Source: Flavobacteriales bacterium
Lineage (GTDB): Bacteria > Bacteroidota > Bacteroidia > CAIKAF01
DNA: 64,000 nucleotides
Assembly (NCBI GenBank): GCA_040376605.1
Contig: JBEIQI010000001.1
Coordinates: 5,191-69,190 of the forward strand
Reading direction: 5' to 3'
Both the position numbers and the translations under genes were made by a program. Of the stretch, positions 9,283 to 18,144 are shown piece by piece; position 1 is the first letter of the stretch; every line of letters begins with the position of its first letter. Under the pieces are notes generated by a model. The model worked only from the letters and a program-made list of their open reading frames with translations. It was not told the DNA's origin and ran no database searches.

Positions 9283-9456
9283 GGAGTTCGGCCAGGGGGT
9301 GCAGAGATATGCAGATGCTTGTAAAAGCTAGAACTGCAGCAATGAAAAGAGCGACCGATAGGAAGCTCCTTTGCTTGCTAGCAGTTCTTTTTTACAAGGA
9401 TTTGCATATAGCGGAACACCCTGAAGGCCGCCAATTAATGGTGGCTATGGTAAATA
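9283..9456. ncRNA. Candidate structured small RNA (GC-enriched, long imperfect hairpin; 6S-like architecture), strand unresolved
   Basis: About 175 nt, bounded by intrinsic terminators on both sides, with GC content well above the flanking sequence. An outer stem (GGCCAGGGGGTG ... CACCCTGAAGGCC) encloses a roughly 40-bp bulged helix (ATATGCAGATGCTTGTAAAAGCTAGAACTGCAGCAA paired with TTGCTTGCTAGCAGTTCTTTTTTACAAGGATTTGCATAT) and an apical sub-hairpin GAGC...GCTC. The overlapping 75-aa ORF (9264-9491) has an implausible composition. Confidence 0.45.
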
Positions 9457-9497
9457 AAAAAGGTTCAACACATTGTATTGAACCTTTCTAAAAAAAT
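9457..9497. terminator. Bidirectional intrinsic terminator (A-run, hairpin, T-run); terminates frr on the minus strand
   Basis: aaaaaa-ggttcaaca-cat-tgttgaacc(1 mismatch)-tttctaaaaaaa, immediately downstream of the frr stop (9510-9512). Confidence 0.7.
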
Positions 9498-9509
9498 ATG
9501 TTTGTTCCA

Positions 9510-10067
9510 TTAAACGGTCATAATTTCCTTTTCCTTCTTTACTACATGTTCATCTACTTTTGTTTCGTAGTCTTTGGTGAGATTTTGTATGGTATTTTCT
9601 CCATCTTTGGCTAAGTCTTCCGCTAAACCATCCTTCTGTAATTTTTTAATGTTCTCATTACCAGCTTTACGGGCATTTCGGATGCTTACTTTACAATGTT
9701 CTGCTTCGTTTTTGGCCATCTTAACCATTTCTCTTCTGCGCTCCTCGGTAAGTGGTGGTACATTAATGCGAATAATCTCTCCATCGTTTTGAGGATTGAG
9801 CCCTAAATTGCTATTAATAATGGCTCTTTCAATATCAGCCAATCGGCTCTTTTCCCAAGGCTGAACAACAAGTGTTCGGGCATCGGGGGTATTAACATTG
9901 GCAATTTGGTTTAATGGGGTCATCGCTCCATAATAATCCACCATAACGCTGTCTAACATAGCCGGATTTGCTTTGCCTGTGCGAATTCTACCTAATTCAA
10001 CTTCTAAATGATTGATGGCTTTATCCATCATTTCGCGGCTGGTTGTTATAATCGACTCCAAACTCAT
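9510..10067 (-). CDS. frr: Ribosome recycling factor
   Basis: Track ORF 9510-10106 (TTG start). The internal ATG giving MSLESIITTSREMMDKAINHLEVELGRIRTGKANPAMLD... yields a canonical 185-aa RRF. Conserved ...VNVPPLTEERRREMVK... is present. Confidence 0.85.
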   Translation of the reverse strand: MSLESIITTSREMMDKAINHLEVELGRIRTGKANPAMLDSVMVDYYGAMTPLNQIANVNTPDARTLVVQPWEKSRLADIERAIINSNLGLNPQNDGEIIRINVPPLTEERRREMVKMAKNEAEHCKVSIRNARKAGNENIKKLQKDGLAEDLAKDGENTIQNLTKDYETKVDEHVVKKEKEIMTV

Positions 10068-10167
10068 AAATTCAATTTTTACATTAACTAAGGCAAAAAT
10101 AATCAACTATTTGAATTCGGGAGCATACTCCCCTCAGATCATCACTTTCCGCTTAACTGCTTATTTC

Positions 10168-10175
10168 TACCTTTG
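10168..10175 (+). promoter_or_regulatory. Bacteroidetes sigma-A -7 element (TAccTTTG) upstream of mazG
   Basis: Matches the TAnnTTTG consensus. 18 nt upstream of the mazG ATG (10193). Confidence 0.45.
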
Positions 10176-10192
10176 TATAAATACCGATAGAT

Positions 10193-10960
10193 ATGAAACC
10201 CCAATTAATGGCTTTTGATAGGTTGCTTACCATAATGGATGAGTTAAGAGAAAAATGTCCATGGGATAAAAAGCAAACCATGGAATCTCTTCGTTATTTA
10301 AGCATTGAAGAGCTCTATGAGCTTTCGGATGCCATTCTGGAGGGGGATGATGAGGAAATTAAAAAAGAACTGGGAGACATCATGCTCCATTTGGTGTTCT
10401 ATGCCAAAATTGCCAGCGAAACGGGCAAGTTTGATATTGCGGATGTGCTTAATGGGATATGTGATAAACTTATTATTAGGCATCCACATATATATGGAGA
10501 TGTGAAAGTAACTGACGAGGAGGAAGTAAAAAGGAACTGGGAAACCATTAAGTTAAAGGAAGGAAAAAAATCTGTTTTAGAGGGTGTTCCTAATAGTTTG
10601 CCCGCTATGGTTAAGGCCTTTCGCATGCAGGAAAAAGCAAAAGGGGTGGGTTTCGAATGGAGCAATGCGGAGGATGTTTGGAAAAAGGTACAGGAAGAAT
10701 TGGAGGAGTTTAAGGTGGAGTCATCAAAAGAAAACAATCAGGATAAGTTGGAAAACGAATTTGGCGATTTGCTTTTTTCATTAATCAACTATTCACGATT
10801 TATTGGAATTAATCCGGAGGATGCCTTGGAAAGAACCAATAGGAAATTTAAAAAACGCTTTGAACACATTGAAAAAAGGGCTTTAGAAAATGGACGTCAG
10901 CTGCAGGATATGAAACTCGAAGAAATGGATGTATACTGGGAAGAGGCTAAAAAGCTATAG
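10193..10960 (+). CDS. mazG: Nucleoside triphosphate pyrophosphohydrolase MazG
   Basis: 255 aa, two tandem MazG EE-motif domains (EELYELSDAILEGDDEEIKKELGDIMLHLVF and EELEEF...ENEFGDLLFSLINYSR). Confidence 0.8.
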   Translation: MKPQLMAFDRLLTIMDELREKCPWDKKQTMESLRYLSIEELYELSDAILEGDDEEIKKELGDIMLHLVFYAKIASETGKFDIADVLNGICDKLIIRHPHIYGDVKVTDEEEVKRNWETIKLKEGKKSVLEGVPNSLPAMVKAFRMQEKAKGVGFEWSNAEDVWKKVQEELEEFKVESSKENNQDKLENEFGDLLFSLINYSRFIGINPEDALERTNRKFKKRFEHIEKRALENGRQLQDMKLEEMDVYWEEAKKL

Positions 10961-11026
10961 CTTGTTGATTTTAAAATATTTGGTATATTTATTGTCAATA
11001 TCAATTCAAATAAGATTGGTTTAATT

Positions 11027-11650
11027 ATGAGCTGGAGAAGTGGTTTAAAGGTTACGAGTAGGTATTTTATTCCTATTTCCATCATTTTTCTAATGCTCTA
11101 TTCGTCAGCGTCTATTCATTCTCAAAAGTTAAATGGTTGGGATAAGCGCAAGTGGAGAAAAAATATGCTCTGGATAGAGGGGATGGGAGCTAGTGGAGCA
11201 GTTGGAGTTCATTATGAAAGAATTTTTCAGGTAGGTAGGGTGGTTTCTTTTAGGGCAGATGCTGGGATAAGCCCTTTTTACATGACGGAGCGATTTGAAT
11301 TGTACGCCGGGAAAAGTATTACAGGAATTATTGGTGGAGGTTGCTATCTATTTCCCAATGCCTTTAAAATAGGAATAGGTTGTTCTATGCTAAACGATAT
11401 ATTTTTCGATAGAATTCCAGAAACTGTTGTGCCCAGCGATACCTCTCATGGCGGAAGTTCGGAGATTTTGCCCGCGAAAAATTATAAAGTTCGAATCATG
11501 CCTTACATAGTATTCGAAGGCACCATAAAAAACAGAATCGTATTAAGAGCGGGATACTCTCCAATTATAGATCCTGCCAACGATAATCAAAGAGATGTTT
11601 ATTTTACCCATTGGGCTACCGTAGGCATCGGTTATAAGTTTGGTAAATAG
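11027..11650 (+). CDS. Hypothetical outer-membrane beta-barrel protein (tandem paralog 1)
   Basis: 207 aa, N-terminal hydrophobic signal, alternating amphipathic beta pattern, C-terminal aromatic terminus ...GIGYKFGK. Confidence 0.5.
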   Translation: MSWRSGLKVTSRYFIPISIIFLMLYSSASIHSQKLNGWDKRKWRKNMLWIEGMGASGAVGVHYERIFQVGRVVSFRADAGISPFYMTERFELYAGKSITGIIGGGCYLFPNAFKIGIGCSMLNDIFFDRIPETVVPSDTSHGGSSEILPAKNYKVRIMPYIVFEGTIKNRIVLRAGYSPIIDPANDNQRDVYFTHWATVGIGYKFGK

Positions 11651-11665
11651 TTTTTCAATTAATAC

Positions 11666-12235
11666 ATGCGGCGTTTTGTAGTTTTAATGGTTGCTGTTTT
11701 TAGTTTAACTAGCAATCAGTCATTTTCTCAAACCTCATTAATCGATTCAACTAAATTTGATAAGGTAGGCGATAAAAAAAACGGATTTTTTATTGAGGCT
11801 TTAGGCTCGAGTTACATAGCAGGAATTTTTTATCAGCGAACCATTCCACTGGCCCGCAATAAATTACATCTCCGTTTTACCGGCGGATTTAGCCCCTTTG
11901 CATTTGGAAATGTTTCTTTTAGTTCTGGAGTTTCATTACCTACAGGAGTTGGATTATATTTTTTTAAATCCCGATTTAAATTAGGTATTACCATGATGCT
12001 TATTCACGGACTTTATTTTGAACCGGTAACCCTGGTGGATGCTGGTTCCGGACCAGATGTAGAGCGAGGATATCAATTGTTTTTACAGCCCCAGCTCAAT
12101 TTCGAATATCATTTTAGTCAACGATTTGTTGGTAGGGCAGCTTTTACCCCCACTTTTATACCAGGCATTAATAATGGTTTAAATACCTATAGTTTTTATC
12201 CTTGGGGAGGTTTGGTTTTTGGGTATAAATTTTAG
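11666..12235 (+). CDS. Hypothetical outer-membrane beta-barrel protein (tandem paralog 2)
   Basis: 189 aa, signal MRRFVVLMVAVFSLTSNQSFSQ, C-terminus ...GGLVFGYKF. Paralogous layout to the upstream gene. Confidence 0.5.
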   Translation: MRRFVVLMVAVFSLTSNQSFSQTSLIDSTKFDKVGDKKNGFFIEALGSSYIAGIFYQRTIPLARNKLHLRFTGGFSPFAFGNVSFSSGVSLPTGVGLYFFKSRFKLGITMMLIHGLYFEPVTLVDAGSGPDVERGYQLFLQPQLNFEYHFSQRFVGRAAFTPTFIPGINNGLNTYSFYPWGGLVFGYKF

Positions 12236-12454
12236 GCTGCCTTTGGCCGCTTTTTGCTGTAGGCTGTTCATAAGGTTCACCAAATGTAATGAGCTTAGGC
12301 TCCTCCTCCGTCGGTGCTAAGCCCATAACATTTGCTAACACCTTATTTCGCAGCGCTACAGCCGTCAATCGGCAGTTATTCAACCTCATTAACGAACGTT
12401 AAATCAAAACAATTGCCCATTCATATTGTTAAATTTGTAATCAAAATAAGATGT

Positions 12455-12772
12455 ATGGCTGTTTTAAATGTTAACGATATCACCTTTAGTACAGAGTTGG
12501 CAACAAGCGATAAAGTAGTTGTAAAATATTATGCCGATTGGTGTGGATCATGTAAACTTTTTGCTCCTAAATACAAAAGATTATCAGGCGATGAAAGGTT
12601 TGCCGGAATTCAATTTCTGGAGGTAAATGCAGAAGAAAACCCAGAAGCCAGAAAATTTGCAGGAGTGGATAACCTCCCATTCTTTGCCATATTTAAACAG
12701 GGCAAATTGGTTGAAGGATCTGCAACCAGCAAGGAGGAAGCTGTAGTAGCAATGTTGGAAAAACTTAATTAA
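12455..12772 (+). CDS. Thioredoxin-fold protein with non-canonical WCGSC active site
   Basis: Track ORF starts at 12332. A better start is the Met of MAVLNVNDITFSTELATSDKVVVKYYADWCGSCKLFAPKYKRL..., giving a 105-aa thioredoxin-sized protein. Ser replaces the canonical Pro of CGPC. Confidence 0.65.
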   Translation: MAVLNVNDITFSTELATSDKVVVKYYADWCGSCKLFAPKYKRLSGDERFAGIQFLEVNAEENPEARKFAGVDNLPFFAIFKQGKLVEGSATSKEEAVVAMLEKLN

Positions 12773-13718
12773 GATTTTTATCTTTCAGTTGGTTGGCCAC
12801 CCAAGTGGATAAACTATAGGCCCCTGCAACATTAAGGTGTTCTTGATCATACCAGTTTTTCTTATTGGTAAAAATGGAATCTGGAGCTATCCAAACTTCT
12901 CCGTATGATAGATATGTATCCATCTCAATGGGCGTTTTTTCAGGACTTCCATAAGGCGGGATATATAAAAAAATGATTTTCACACCGTTATTTATCGCCA
13001 ACGTATTTATATTAGCCAACCATTTTCTGGATAATGGTAAATTAATTCTACGGGTCCAGGTAAAACTATTACCTTGGTTTTTAATTCTTCTAATTTTATT
13101 TTGATTTAATTGATTAGTATCTGCAGTAAAGGCATTTGTGCTGAAGCCGAATTCCTCTCTAAGGCCGTATTTATAAACCAAACTATCCTTAAATAAATCC
13201 TGCCGAAAGTACATAATCCTTGAAATGGCCGCATTATATAGATTGTTAGGATAACTTCTATTTACAATGGTTTGCGGATTAACTACATCTTTTATATCAG
13301 CCAAAAAAGGGAATACTGGATGACTAAATGGATTTTCATCCGGTAAGACCTCAATGATAAAAGTTTTGGTATTTTTTTGTTGAATTATATGTTTCATCAT
13401 CACATAGGTAAGATCACGTCCCAGGCGGCAATAACCTAAATTGCAAACGGAAATAGGAGGCAAAGAATCAGTCATGAGCTGTTGATTTATTAAGGTATCA
13501 TTGATACCATTAATAGTATGGGAGGATCCTAAAAAAGCAATATCAATGGGCCTTTTTAATTCAAATACTCTGCGATAGATCCAGGCTCCACGACCTTCAC
13601 AATCATCTGTAAGATAATGATAGGCTCGTTTTGTGTTGGTAGGCATTGAAAAAAAAACAAATCCACCTATAACCAAAGGAACTAAAAACAGGAGGATATG
13701 TAGAATAAATTTTTTCAT
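12765..13718 (-). CDS. Membrane-anchored periplasmic partner protein of MBOAT acyltransferase (AlgJ/AlgX/DltD-like SGNH-type, putative)
   Basis: 317 aa, N-terminal TM anchor. Start overlaps the stop of the upstream MBOAT gene (translational coupling), an arrangement typical of AlgI-AlgJ / DltB-DltD pairs. The canonical DxHW motif is not obvious. Confidence 0.5.
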   Translation of the reverse strand: MKKFILHILLFLVPLVIGGFVFFSMPTNTKRAYHYLTDDCEGRGAWIYRRVFELKRPIDIAFLGSSHTINGINDTLINQQLMTDSLPPISVCNLGYCRLGRDLTYVMMKHIIQQKNTKTFIIEVLPDENPFSHPVFPFLADIKDVVNPQTIVNRSYPNNLYNAAISRIMYFRQDLFKDSLVYKYGLREEFGFSTNAFTADTNQLNQNKIRRIKNQGNSFTWTRRINLPLSRKWLANINTLAINNGVKIIFLYIPPYGSPEKTPIEMDTYLSYGEVWIAPDSIFTNKKNWYDQEHLNVAGAYSLSTWVANQLKDKNLN

Positions 13719-15127
13719 TAGAACTGAAAATAAATAAAAGTGGGGGCATTATTAAAATCACCAAATAAAAGTATGCAAAGAATTAAGGAATAATATAATA
13801 GCCATCTAAGGACTTTTGGAATACCTTTTATCTTTTCTGCAAAGGTTATTTTATTCATCCAAACTTCAATTAGCACAAATAGGGCTAAGGGGAGCAAAAA
13901 TAATTGGTTGTAGATGCTTAATGGATAAATAAAACGTTCGATGATAAAATTGAACGAAAACAATGGACTCCAGGCCGCCATTGTTTGAGCTAAATTGACT
14001 GCTCTAAAAGGTACCCAGCAAAGAATTACCGAAATAAATACAATTAAACTGAATCCTTTAAATGATGGAAATACCTTCATCAATATTTTTTCCACCACCA
14101 GTAGGATTCCATGCAAAAACCCCCAGATAAGAAAATTATAACTGGCCCCATGCCAAAAGCCCGAGAGTAAAAATGTAATCATGATATTGATGATATACCT
14201 TATTATGGTCCCTCTGTTTCCCCCCAAAGGAATAAATACATAATCCCTGAACCAGGTGGATAAAGATATATGCCAACGTTGCCAAAACTCTGTAAAGGTT
14301 TTAGAAAAGTAAGGAGTTTTAAAATTTACCATTAACTCAAATCCTAATAACCTAGCGCAGCCCATGGCAATATCAGAATAGCCGGAAAAGTCGCCATATA
14401 TTTGTATAGCAAATGCCAATACCCCTATCCAAGCGGAAATACTATCAAAACCTGAGGGATTACTAAAATATTGATTGGCCAAAACCGCAAAAGTATCAGC
14501 GATTACCATTTTTTTAAACAACCCCCAAATAATCATCCTAACACCAGAAGTTGCTTGGTCATAATTAAATTTTTTTGCACTGGAAAATTGAGGGAGCATG
14601 TGTACTGCCCTTTCTATTGGACCTGCAACCAATTGTGGGAAGAAAGAAACAAAGGCAAAAAAGTCGATTATATTTTTGGTAGGGGTTAGTTTTCCTTTGT
14701 AAACATCTAGTGCATAACTCATTGATTGGAATGTATAGAAGCTAAGACCCACCGGTAAAATAATTTTTAGCGTTTGCAAGGATCCTTCGTATCCCAATAC
14801 TTGCATCATATCATTAGCCGACGTAATAAAGAAGTCGCAGTATTTAAAAAATCCAAGGAGGCATAAATTAACACCTAAACTAATTCCTAAAAATATTTTT
14901 TTATTGGATCTATTTTTGGCAGAGTGAATAAGTAAACCTGATGCAAAATCAACTGAAGAGCTGAAAATTAGCAAAAGAAGGAACCTCCAGTCCCACCATC
15001 CATAAAACAAATACCCCCCAAAAATCATAAAGAGATTGCGGGCATCTTTATTAGTCCGCGCCAAGATCCAGTAACCTGCAAAGAACAGGATCAGGAAAAT
15101 AAAAAATGTAATGGTGGTAAAGGTCAT
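13718..15127 (-). CDS. MBOAT family membrane-bound O-acyltransferase (AlgI/DltB/PatA type)
   Basis: 469 aa, polytopic. Conserved FWQRWHISLSTWFRDYVFIPLGGNRG and catalytic-His region FLLSGFWHGASYNF are MBOAT hallmarks. Confidence 0.85.
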   Translation of the reverse strand: MTFTTITFFIFLILFFAGYWILARTNKDARNLFMIFGGYLFYGWWDWRFLLLLIFSSSVDFASGLLIHSAKNRSNKKIFLGISLGVNLCLLGFFKYCDFFITSANDMMQVLGYEGSLQTLKIILPVGLSFYTFQSMSYALDVYKGKLTPTKNIIDFFAFVSFFPQLVAGPIERAVHMLPQFSSAKKFNYDQATSGVRMIIWGLFKKMVIADTFAVLANQYFSNPSGFDSISAWIGVLAFAIQIYGDFSGYSDIAMGCARLLGFELMVNFKTPYFSKTFTEFWQRWHISLSTWFRDYVFIPLGGNRGTIIRYIINIMITFLLSGFWHGASYNFLIWGFLHGILLVVEKILMKVFPSFKGFSLIVFISVILCWVPFRAVNLAQTMAAWSPLFSFNFIIERFIYPLSIYNQLFLLPLALFVLIEVWMNKITFAEKIKGIPKVLRWLLYYSLILCILLFGDFNNAPTFIYFQF

Positions 15128-15200
15128 TGTTTAGGAATCCTTAACGAAGTAAAGATGCGATTAAAATTGAAAACCTGCTACCTTTGAAAAAACTTTTACC

Positions 15201-15440
15201 ATGAAAGTAGCCGCCATAAAACCATTGGTTGAAACTTATACCATCGATCAGTTAAAAGAGGCCGAAAAAAACCTATATAACGAGGAACCCCTTAGTATTG
15301 AAGTGGATGGGGCAGACGAAGGTGAAAAGTTAACCCATATTTTAGCCGCCATCGAAATATTGACAGATATGGCTAAAGGATCCGATTATAAAACCGCATT
15401 AAGAAATTATAGTTCCAGGGTAAGGAATTCTATTAATTAA
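15201..15440 (+). CDS. Small hypothetical acidic protein
   Basis: 79 aa ORF with plausible composition. A TAnnTTTG-type context lies upstream. Confidence 0.35.
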   Translation: MKVAAIKPLVETYTIDQLKEAEKNLYNEEPLSIEVDGADEGEKLTHILAAIEILTDMAKGSDYKTALRNYSSRVRNSIN

Positions 15441-15509
15441 ATGAACCCATTTTTGGCTTGTCTTGTTTAGAAGGCCAATTGGACGGGTACTTCACACAAT
15501 CGACATTTT

Positions 15510-16553
15510 TTATTCTTCGTTATTATAAAATAATTTATAATAATGCATTTTCTTTTTCTCGTCGTAACCTCTTTCCAAATGTTGAGCATTTCCATGAACA
15601 TATACATGGAAGTTCTTATCTAATTTAATGACACTTCTGAAAAATTTCTGTGAATTTTTTTCTACCGCTGGTTGTGAAATCTGAAAACGTTCCATGGTTG
15701 GAAGATGTTTATCTGATTCATATTCTTCCTTGTAACTAATAAAGGTTTCAGCCAATTCAGGTTCGATAATTACATCCTTGGCAAATTGTTGGGCATCAAA
15801 TACTTCACTAGTCATAAAGTATTCATTAGATTTTTGAAGGAAAGCAAGTTGATCTTCACGAGAAACTTCATTTTCGCTGCTCATATAATCCTTGCTAAAG
15901 CCTTTCATCATTTCCATGTACTGATTGGTCATAAAATACTCAGTATCTACCGGAGCAATGCCCAAGAAGTCCGTTTTCCAATATAAGGCAGCATTGATGT
16001 TAGAGTTGCTATCTACCATGGCAATTTTATATCCTTGCTCCTCGTAGGTTTTAAAAATGATACAACCTTTATCAAGCTTGGCAATATTTAATCCTTCATC
16101 GGTGTACATTTCTGCTTCAGCAGCATTCTGACGAACTTTTATAAAGGTCTCTTTATGTTCCGATTTAAAAATACCAATGGCTTCAACCACCTCGTCTTCT
16201 ATGATACATTCTTTTAAATAGGTAACATATAATTCACCTCCTTTAATTTTTTTGTTGGTACCGCATTGATAAAGATATTGTGCCAATTCTTTAGATTTAG
16301 CATGAAATGAGGCTGGCTTTTCGAACATTTGTTGTACGATTTTAGCAGTTGCGGCATTCAAATCCTGAAAGCAGAAAAAGGTTTCACCTTTAAATGGATT
16401 GAAAAAATATCTTTTTATGGCATCATATAATATTTCATCATTCAGTTGAAATTGACCATCGGTAATATTTAATTGCTCTCCAGCAGTTCTGTTTCCTACA
16501 AAATGAACTGACATCTTTTCAATTCGGGCTTGTTCGAAATTTAATACACTCAT
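15510..16553 (-). CDS. Nucleoid-associated protein, NdpA/YejK family (putative)
   Basis: 347 aa. Size and overall composition, plus a C-terminal region (...REDQLAFLQKSNEYFMTSEVFD..., ...KNFHVYVHGNAQHLERGYDEKKKMHYYKLFY) reminiscent of the 37-kDa nucleoid-associated protein family. Assigned from memory of family features only. Confidence 0.45.
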   Translation of the reverse strand: MSVLNFEQARIEKMSVHFVGNRTAGEQLNITDGQFQLNDEILYDAIKRYFFNPFKGETFFCFQDLNAATAKIVQQMFEKPASFHAKSKELAQYLYQCGTNKKIKGGELYVTYLKECIIEDEVVEAIGIFKSEHKETFIKVRQNAAEAEMYTDEGLNIAKLDKGCIIFKTYEEQGYKIAMVDSNSNINAALYWKTDFLGIAPVDTEYFMTNQYMEMMKGFSKDYMSSENEVSREDQLAFLQKSNEYFMTSEVFDAQQFAKDVIIEPELAETFISYKEEYESDKHLPTMERFQISQPAVEKNSQKFFRSVIKLDKNFHVYVHGNAQHLERGYDEKKKMHYYKLFYNNEE

Positions 16554-16734
16554 AGTTTCTAAAAAATTTGGAAGACGAAAGTAGGGTTTTTGCTACTTCC
16601 TAAAATGGGGTTATAAACAGGTAGGGCCGAATGTTAATATCTTTTGTACACCTCAAAATTTGGCCAAAACCCGGTATTCACTTTGAACTTTTATAAATAT
16701 TACTACTTTTAGGCAATCTAGCGAATGATTCAGG

Positions 16735-18138
16735 ATGAATAACAGATCATTACCCATACTTATATCGGTATTTTTCTTTTGGGGGTTTGTAGCTGCCAGT
16801 AATGATATACTTATTCCTGTTTTTAAAGAAAAACTCAATTTGGAGCAATGGCAATCACAAATGATTTCTTTTGCTTTTTATGTGGCATATACGGTGGGAT
16901 CCATTATTTATTATGTGATTTCGAAGCTTATGAAGCAGGATGTACTCAATAAAATTGGGTATAAAAATGGCGTGGCGTTGGGTTTATTTATATCAGCATT
17001 AGGTACTTTATTATTTTATCCGGCAGCCCAAACGGCCTCTTTCCCTTTAATGATTTCGGGTTTGTTTATTGTAGGTTTGGGCTTTTCGCTGCAACAAACT
17101 GCTGCAAACCCATTAACCATTGCAATGGGTGATCCAAAAAATGGATCACAACGACTTAGTTTGGCAGGTGGAATCAATAATTTTGGAACCACCATAGGAC
17201 CTTTACTTATAAGTTTTGCCATTTTTGGTTCTGTTGCTGCAGGTTCTGCTGAAGCAAATATCGAAAGTGTAAAAGTTCCATACCTTATTTTAGGTGCAGC
17301 TTTCATCATTGTAGCAGTCATCTTTAAATTTTCATCTATTCCTAATACCATTCCGGCAATACAGGAAGAAGTAAATTCTACCAGCTCAAACCTCAGCCGA
17401 AAATCAGCACTCAAGTATCCACAGTTGGTTTTGGGAATGATTGCCATCTTTGTTTATGTTGGAGTAGAAGTATCTACCGCTAGTAACTTGCCTGAATTTA
17501 TGAAACAACATTTAGGCACAAAAACCGAGAACATTGCACCTTTCGTTTCATTGTTTTGGGCCAGTTTAATGATTGGACGTTGGACCTCATCTATTGGAGC
17601 ATTTAATATTAAGGGTGGGGCCAAACATATCATTCAATTTTTAATGCCATATATTGCATTCGGAGTTTTTTTACTAGTTAATCGGATTGCGAATCATGAT
17701 GTAACCCCCTTCTATATTTATGGATTTGTAATTATTGCCTTAATTATTGGGGACTTATTGAGCAAAGGAAATCCAGCTCGTCAACTTTTATTGTATTCCA
17801 TTTTTGGAATAATTGCTTTGTTTATCGGAATGTTAGCCGATGGAATGGTAAGTGTATTTGCATTTATTAGTGTAGGGTTGTTTTGCAGTACCTTATGGCC
17901 CTGTATCTTTACGCTAGCGATTAAAGGATTAGGAAAACATACCAATGAAGGATCCGGATTTTTAATTATGATGATTATGGGTGGCGGATTTATAAGCTTG
18001 TTGCAAGGTGTGCTGGCAGATAAAAATCTTTTAGGTATACAATGGAGTTATTTAGTCGGTGTTGCCTGTTTTGCCTATTTGGCATTTTATGCAACGGTTA
18101 CCAAGGGTATCTTTAAAAAACAACAGATTGAATTGTAG
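16735..18138 (+). CDS. MFS sugar transporter, FucP/GluP (glucose/galactose or fucose:H+ symporter) family
   Basis: 467 aa, 12 TM. N-terminal FFFWGFVAASNDILIPVFKEKLNLEQWQSQMISFAFYVAYTVGSIIYY is the FucP/GluP family signature. Confidence 0.8.
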   Translation: MNNRSLPILISVFFFWGFVAASNDILIPVFKEKLNLEQWQSQMISFAFYVAYTVGSIIYYVISKLMKQDVLNKIGYKNGVALGLFISALGTLLFYPAAQTASFPLMISGLFIVGLGFSLQQTAANPLTIAMGDPKNGSQRLSLAGGINNFGTTIGPLLISFAIFGSVAAGSAEANIESVKVPYLILGAAFIIVAVIFKFSSIPNTIPAIQEEVNSTSSNLSRKSALKYPQLVLGMIAIFVYVGVEVSTASNLPEFMKQHLGTKTENIAPFVSLFWASLMIGRWTSSIGAFNIKGGAKHIIQFLMPYIAFGVFLLVNRIANHDVTPFYIYGFVIIALIIGDLLSKGNPARQLLLYSIFGIIALFIGMLADGMVSVFAFISVGLFCSTLWPCIFTLAIKGLGKHTNEGSGFLIMMIMGGGFISLLQGVLADKNLLGIQWSYLVGVACFAYLAFYATVTKGIFKKQQIEL

Positions 18139-18144
18139 TGGATA

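Noticed and set aside
9283-9456. Assignment of the structured element as SRP (4.5S) RNA or tRNA
   Set aside because: A GGAAGC string is present, but the conserved SRP domain IV context (…GGUCCGGAAGGAAGCAGC…) is absent. No T-loop GTTCRANYC or cloverleaf could be drawn, so tRNA is excluded.
9264-9491. 75-aa ORF (MNSLFLWSSARGCRDMQ...) as a protein-coding gene
   Set aside because: Arg/Cys/Ala-rich composition, atypical for this AT-rich genome. It lies wholly inside a GC-rich stem-loop region bounded by two terminators and overlaps the terminator hairpins. It is more plausibly non-coding structured RNA.
12168-12389. 73-aa minus-strand ORF in the thioredoxin leader
   Set aside because: No start context. 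The composition looks like translated GC-rich non-coding DNA and it overlaps the end of the upstream plus-strand gene.
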